This document shows, one piece after another, positions 60,485 through 64,000 of a stretch of 64,000 bases of DNA; the first letter of the stretch is position 1; each line of letters begins with the position of its first letter. Source of the DNA: Spirochaetia bacterium (lineage in GTDB: Bacteria; Spirochaetota; Spirochaetia; CADAEX01). Location: contig CAXXHA010000028.1 in the NCBI GenBank assembly GCA_963662265.2, positions 39,137 to 103,136 of the forward strand. Reading direction: 5' to 3'. A model generated the notes under the pieces. That model was not told where the DNA came from, did not search any database, and saw only the letters and a list, made by a program, of their open reading frames with translations. The position numbers and the translations under genes were made by a program.

Positions 60485-61495
60485 CTATTCAAACATATCT
60501 AAGGAAATAATATTATCAATTGGAATATCACAAATAACTTTTCTTCCAATTACTTTTTTGGACATTGCAGGAGATATTCCTGTACCAGGATTACGATACT
60601 CTATCATTTCTTCAGTCAAAATACTCCCACGCAGAATATTTTCTTTTGATACCATAGAAACATGATATTTTTTTCTAGTAATCATTTCTGTATCTGAAAC
60701 TTTTTTTTCAGAATTACCTAATGAACTTTCGATTTTTCTTATATTTTTTGTCATCAAAAATAATTCATCTGGTTCAAGTGATATTTTATGATCAAATCCT
60801 TCCATATTCTTGTCTAATGTAAAATGCCTTTCAATAATAGATGCCCCTAAAGCTACAGCTGTAAGAGATGGTAAATATCCTAACTCATGTCCTGAATAAC
60901 CTATTGGAATTTTATATCTTTTTTTTAGAACATTAATCATATCAAGATTAGATTCAGATTCTTTTTGGGGATATGATGAAACACAATGTAATAATTTTAA
61001 ATTTGAGCATCCTTTTCTTAAGATTGAAATTGCAACATCTAATTCTTCAAAAGTACACATACCTGAGGAAATTATGACTCTATCAAATTGTTCTGATATA
61101 TATTGAATTAACGGTATATTAGTTACTGAATGACTGGCAATTTTAACAATATTTATTTCTAATTTTTTTAAAAAATCAACAGACTCTTTATCAAATGCTG
61201 TACATATGAAATCAAGATCTTTAGATTCAGCATATTCCTTTAATTCTTGAAATTGTTTTAAATTAAATTCTAGAGATTCTCGTATTTCTCTATATGTTCT
61301 ACCTAAAGAAGGAAATCTATCATCTTTAGCATCAAGAATTTCTTTAATTGCTAAAGTAGAAACATTGCGTTTTTGAAATTTCACAGCATCTACTTGCGAT
61401 ACAGAAGCTACATCGATTAGTTTTTTAGCTAATTCTAATGAACCATTATGATTTAAACCAGCTTCTGCTATTATATAACATTGTTTGCTTTTCAT
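60485..61495 (-). CDS. neuB: Nonulosonic acid synthase with C-terminal SAF domain
   Basis: IAEAGLNHNG, AVKFQKR, LHCVSSYP, GYSGHE, IERHFTLD and PGTGISP. Confidence 0.92.
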   Translation of the reverse strand: MKSKQCYIIAEAGLNHNGSLELAKKLIDVASVSQVDAVKFQKRNVSTLAIKEILDAKDDRFPSLGRTYREIRESLEFNLKQFQELKEYAESKDLDFICTAFDKESVDFLKKLEINIVKIASHSVTNIPLIQYISEQFDRVIISSGMCTFEELDVAISILRKGCSNLKLLHCVSSYPQKESESNLDMINVLKKRYKIPIGYSGHELGYLPSLTAVALGASIIERHFTLDKNMEGFDHKISLEPDELFLMTKNIRKIESSLGNSEKKVSDTEMITRKKYHVSMVSKENILRGSILTEEMIEYRNPGTGISPAMSKKVIGRKVICDIPIDNIISLDMFE

Positions 61496-61515
61496 AATAA
61501 TATTCTCCTTCTATA

Positions 61516-62472
61516 TTAACAAAAATAGTTTATTAATAATTTAGCAGCATGCGAATATGCTATTTCTTGCCCTTCTCGAGTCATACCCCCTATATGTGGA
61601 GTTACTAATAATTGATGATTCCCATTCTTTATAGCATTTAAAAGTAAATTCTGTTGTTTTTTTTCTGTTTCATTTGACAAAACATCTGTTGAATATCGAG
61701 CTTTTGGGTTATCATTCAAAAATTTTAATAAATCTTCATCAACAATAATATCACCTCGTGAAGTATTTATCATCAATACATCATCTTTCATTTTTGAAAA
61801 CCATTCTTTGCTTACCATTTTTTCTGTTTCATTAGAAACATGCACATGAAAACTAATTACATCACAATTCATTAACAATTCATTAAGATCAACCTTATTA
61901 ATCTCTGTATCATGAATTTCTTTATAGGGATCATATACTAAAACTTTTGATCCAAATGCTTTAGCATAATTACAAAAAAATGTTCCAAGTCTTCCATATC
62001 CAATAGAACCTATAACTAGTTTATCCAATTGCCGCCCAATATAAGGTTCATAATCCCAACTTCCATCTTTTACAGAATCCCAAGCCATCGGAATATTTCT
62101 AATCGTTGATAACAATAATGCAAATGCATGTTCTGCAGTAGAAGAAATAGTATTAATGATTTTACGCTCTTCGGTTAATGAAATTAAATTAATATTCTTT
62201 TCTCTTAAATATTTTTTATCTATATGATTTGTTCCTGTTGATGCCGTACATACAACTTTTAAGCTTTTTGCATTATCAATAAGATCCTTTCCGATAAAAA
62301 TATTTGATTTATTAGGATTCGTATATATAGCTTCAATATCTTTTGAATTGTTTATTACTTCTTCTTTTGTTGCTTCAGGTATATAAATAATTTCAAAATA
62401 TTTTGAAAGTTCATTATAAACATCAGAAATATGCTTTATAGGTGTTATCACAAGTATTTTGGGCTTACCCAT
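61516..62472 (-). CDS. D-isomer-specific 2-hydroxyacid dehydrogenase
   Basis: TGTNHID, STAEHA, GYGRLG, INTSRG and TPHIGG. Confidence 0.9.
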   Translation of the reverse strand: MGKPKILVITPIKHISDVYNELSKYFEIIYIPEATKEEVINNSKDIEAIYTNPNKSNIFIGKDLIDNAKSLKVVCTASTGTNHIDKKYLREKNINLISLTEERKIINTISSTAEHAFALLLSTIRNIPMAWDSVKDGSWDYEPYIGRQLDKLVIGSIGYGRLGTFFCNYAKAFGSKVLVYDPYKEIHDTEINKVDLNELLMNCDVISFHVHVSNETEKMVSKEWFSKMKDDVLMINTSRGDIIVDEDLLKFLNDNPKARYSTDVLSNETEKKQQNLLLNAIKNGNHQLLVTPHIGGMTREGQEIAYSHAAKLLINYFC

Positions 62473-63186
62473 TATCCCCCTCCATTTTCATTAAATAATC
62501 TGCAGCTAAAAAGTCCAAAGGAGAATCAATATTAATTGATAAATTTTCATCCATTATATAGGGACGACTTTCAACTGTACCATATCTTGCTCTAGTCTCT
62601 AATAAGACATCTCTTTTAACAGCATATATCGCTCCATTTCTCAGATATGCAGGAGGATTGAGATCCTGACGCCTATTTTCAGGTTTTTCATATACACAAA
62701 AATCAACCAGTTTATCATCAATTATTTTTTTTACACGTATTGGATGTTGATCCCAAATTCTAATGACAGAAACTACAGAATCAGAATTTGTATCGACTAG
62801 TTTTTTTATAATATTATCTATATCATTTGTTTTTTTAAATGGATTTGTACACATTAATTCAACGATAATATCATATTTTATATTCTCATTTTCTTCCATC
62901 CATTCAACTGAATGAATTAAACTATCAGCGGAAGTAGCTGTATCTGAAGCCAGATTTGAAGGCCGTAAAAAGGGAACATTTGCACCATATTTTTTTGCAG
63001 CTTCAGCAATTTCAACATCATCAGTTGATACAATATAATTATTCAATGTACTTAGATTTTACTGCTTCATTAACTGTATAATATATTAATGGAAATCCAT
63101 TTAATAATGCTATATTCTTTTTCTTAATAGATTTTGAACCACCTCTTGCTAAAGTAACAGCAAGGATTTTTTTTATTTTTATACAT
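62465..63186 (-). pseudogene. neuA: Acylneuraminate cytidylyltransferase, with two +1 frameshifts as assembled
   Basis: ATG 63186 reads MYKNKK. Removing one base from T8 (63167-63174) gives ILAVTLARGGSKSIKKKNI; removing one T at 63042-63043 gives KYIDNYIVSTDD, then PFLRP, NGAIY and NIDSPLD. Confidence 0.85.
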
Positions 63187-63202
63187 TATCTTTCCTCTAA
63201 AA

Positions 63203-63884
63203 CTATTTCTTTTTTTTGAATAACATATATCTAAACTCTTTATGACTTGTCGATGAATCACTTATTTTGTAATCTATTAAATCAAAACCATTAAACTTAT
63301 TTTCAAACCTATCTGATGCCCATAAAAATCCATCTGTCATAGTTACTCTTTCTCCATATGGTTCTCTTATTAATATATATTTACTTGAATACTTTGAAAT
63401 ATAATTATATACATCTGTAATTATATCTCTTCCCAAGTGCATCATATGATCTGAAGATAATAATAAATCAACTGATTTATTATTACTAACCTGAGATAAT
63501 AAATATTTTAAAGTATCTTCTTCAATAAAATTTAAACGTTTGCTTAAATTATCATCCATGTGGGAAAAACATGATTCTTTACTTAAATCATTACCACTAA
63601 ATACAATTTGTTTTTCAAATTTGTTTAAAATATATGCTAGATTTCTACCACAACCACAACCAATTTCATGAATAGAATCTACATAATTTATTATGCCATT
63701 TTTTTTGTATAAATTTTACTAATTCATTAGAATTCTTATTTAAAACTTCACGATTTGCAATATTTTCCTGATAATCATCATCAATATTTTTTGTTAGCCA
63801 TTTTTTCTTTAATTCTGTATTTTTTAATACTTCTTCATTATTCTTTGTAAAAAGCTTTATAAATTTCTTAAAACTACTATTCAT
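63203..63884 (-). pseudogene. Class I SAM-dependent methyltransferase, frameshifted as assembled
   Basis: Removing one T from T8 (63699-63706) joins the two ORFs through ...IHEIGCGCGRNLAY...GNDLS.... Confidence 0.8.
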
Positions 63885-63932
63885 TTTTTTTTCCTTTCAA
63901 TTTTTACTATATTATTTTTATGAAAAATAATA

Positions 63933-64000
63933 TTAAACAAATAATTCTCCTAACCAATATATACATATTGGGTATATATGTAACAAAATTCTATTACCGC
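63933..64000 (-). CDS. Possible C-terminal tail of an upstream membrane protein (truncated by window edge)
   Basis: Open frame GNRILLHIYPICIYWLGELFV*; too short to be sure, and a second frame is also open. Confidence 0.3.
   Translation of the reverse strand, partial: GNRILLHIYPICIYWLGELFV

Noticed and set aside
63666-63884. Separate 72-aa gene
   Set aside because: It is the N-terminus of the frameshifted methyltransferase.
1-64000. CRISPR arrays, tRNA/rRNA, IS elements, integrases, prophage or defence genes
   Set aside because: None recognised by eye; intergenic gaps are short and lack periodic repeats. tRNAscan, Infernal and CRISPR finders were not run.

Overview
AT-rich bacterial DNA, most likely from a free-living Spirochaetales-type diderm. 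This is inferred from the Asp-type MurA, spirochaete-style lipoboxes, a DUF1420-like protein and a LolA-like/FtsX ABC module. The left ~13 kb holds housekeeping genes (murA, aspartokinase, thrC, gmhA) and an unusual envelope module: DUF4956, two paralogous CotH-kinase lipoproteins and two paralogous porin-like beta-barrels. From ~13.2 kb to the right edge lies a >50-kb, almost entirely minus-strand surface-glycan locus. It encodes about 13 GT2/GT4 glycosyltransferases, two Wzx, a Wzy-like protein, two Gtr-type (GT2/GtrA/GT-C) modification modules, Ugd, Uxs, a UDP-GlcA epimerase, Gnu, an archaeal AglQ-like protein, nonulosonate genes (neuA/neuB) and an embedded LolCDE/LolA-like/beta-barrel export module. 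The best candidate for an undescribed system is an operon of two TagD-like cytidylyltransferases, a TagF-like phosphotransferase with a signal-peptide/YIDPGTGS/TM hairpin, and a 974-aa fusion of a YidC domain (conserved Arg replaced by Asn) to an LtaS/EptA-like Thr-nucleophile domain. Five genes carry single-base frameshifts, mostly in homopolymers, probably long-read errors. No rRNA, tRNA, CRISPR array or mobile element was seen. All family assignments come from motif recognition, not database searches.
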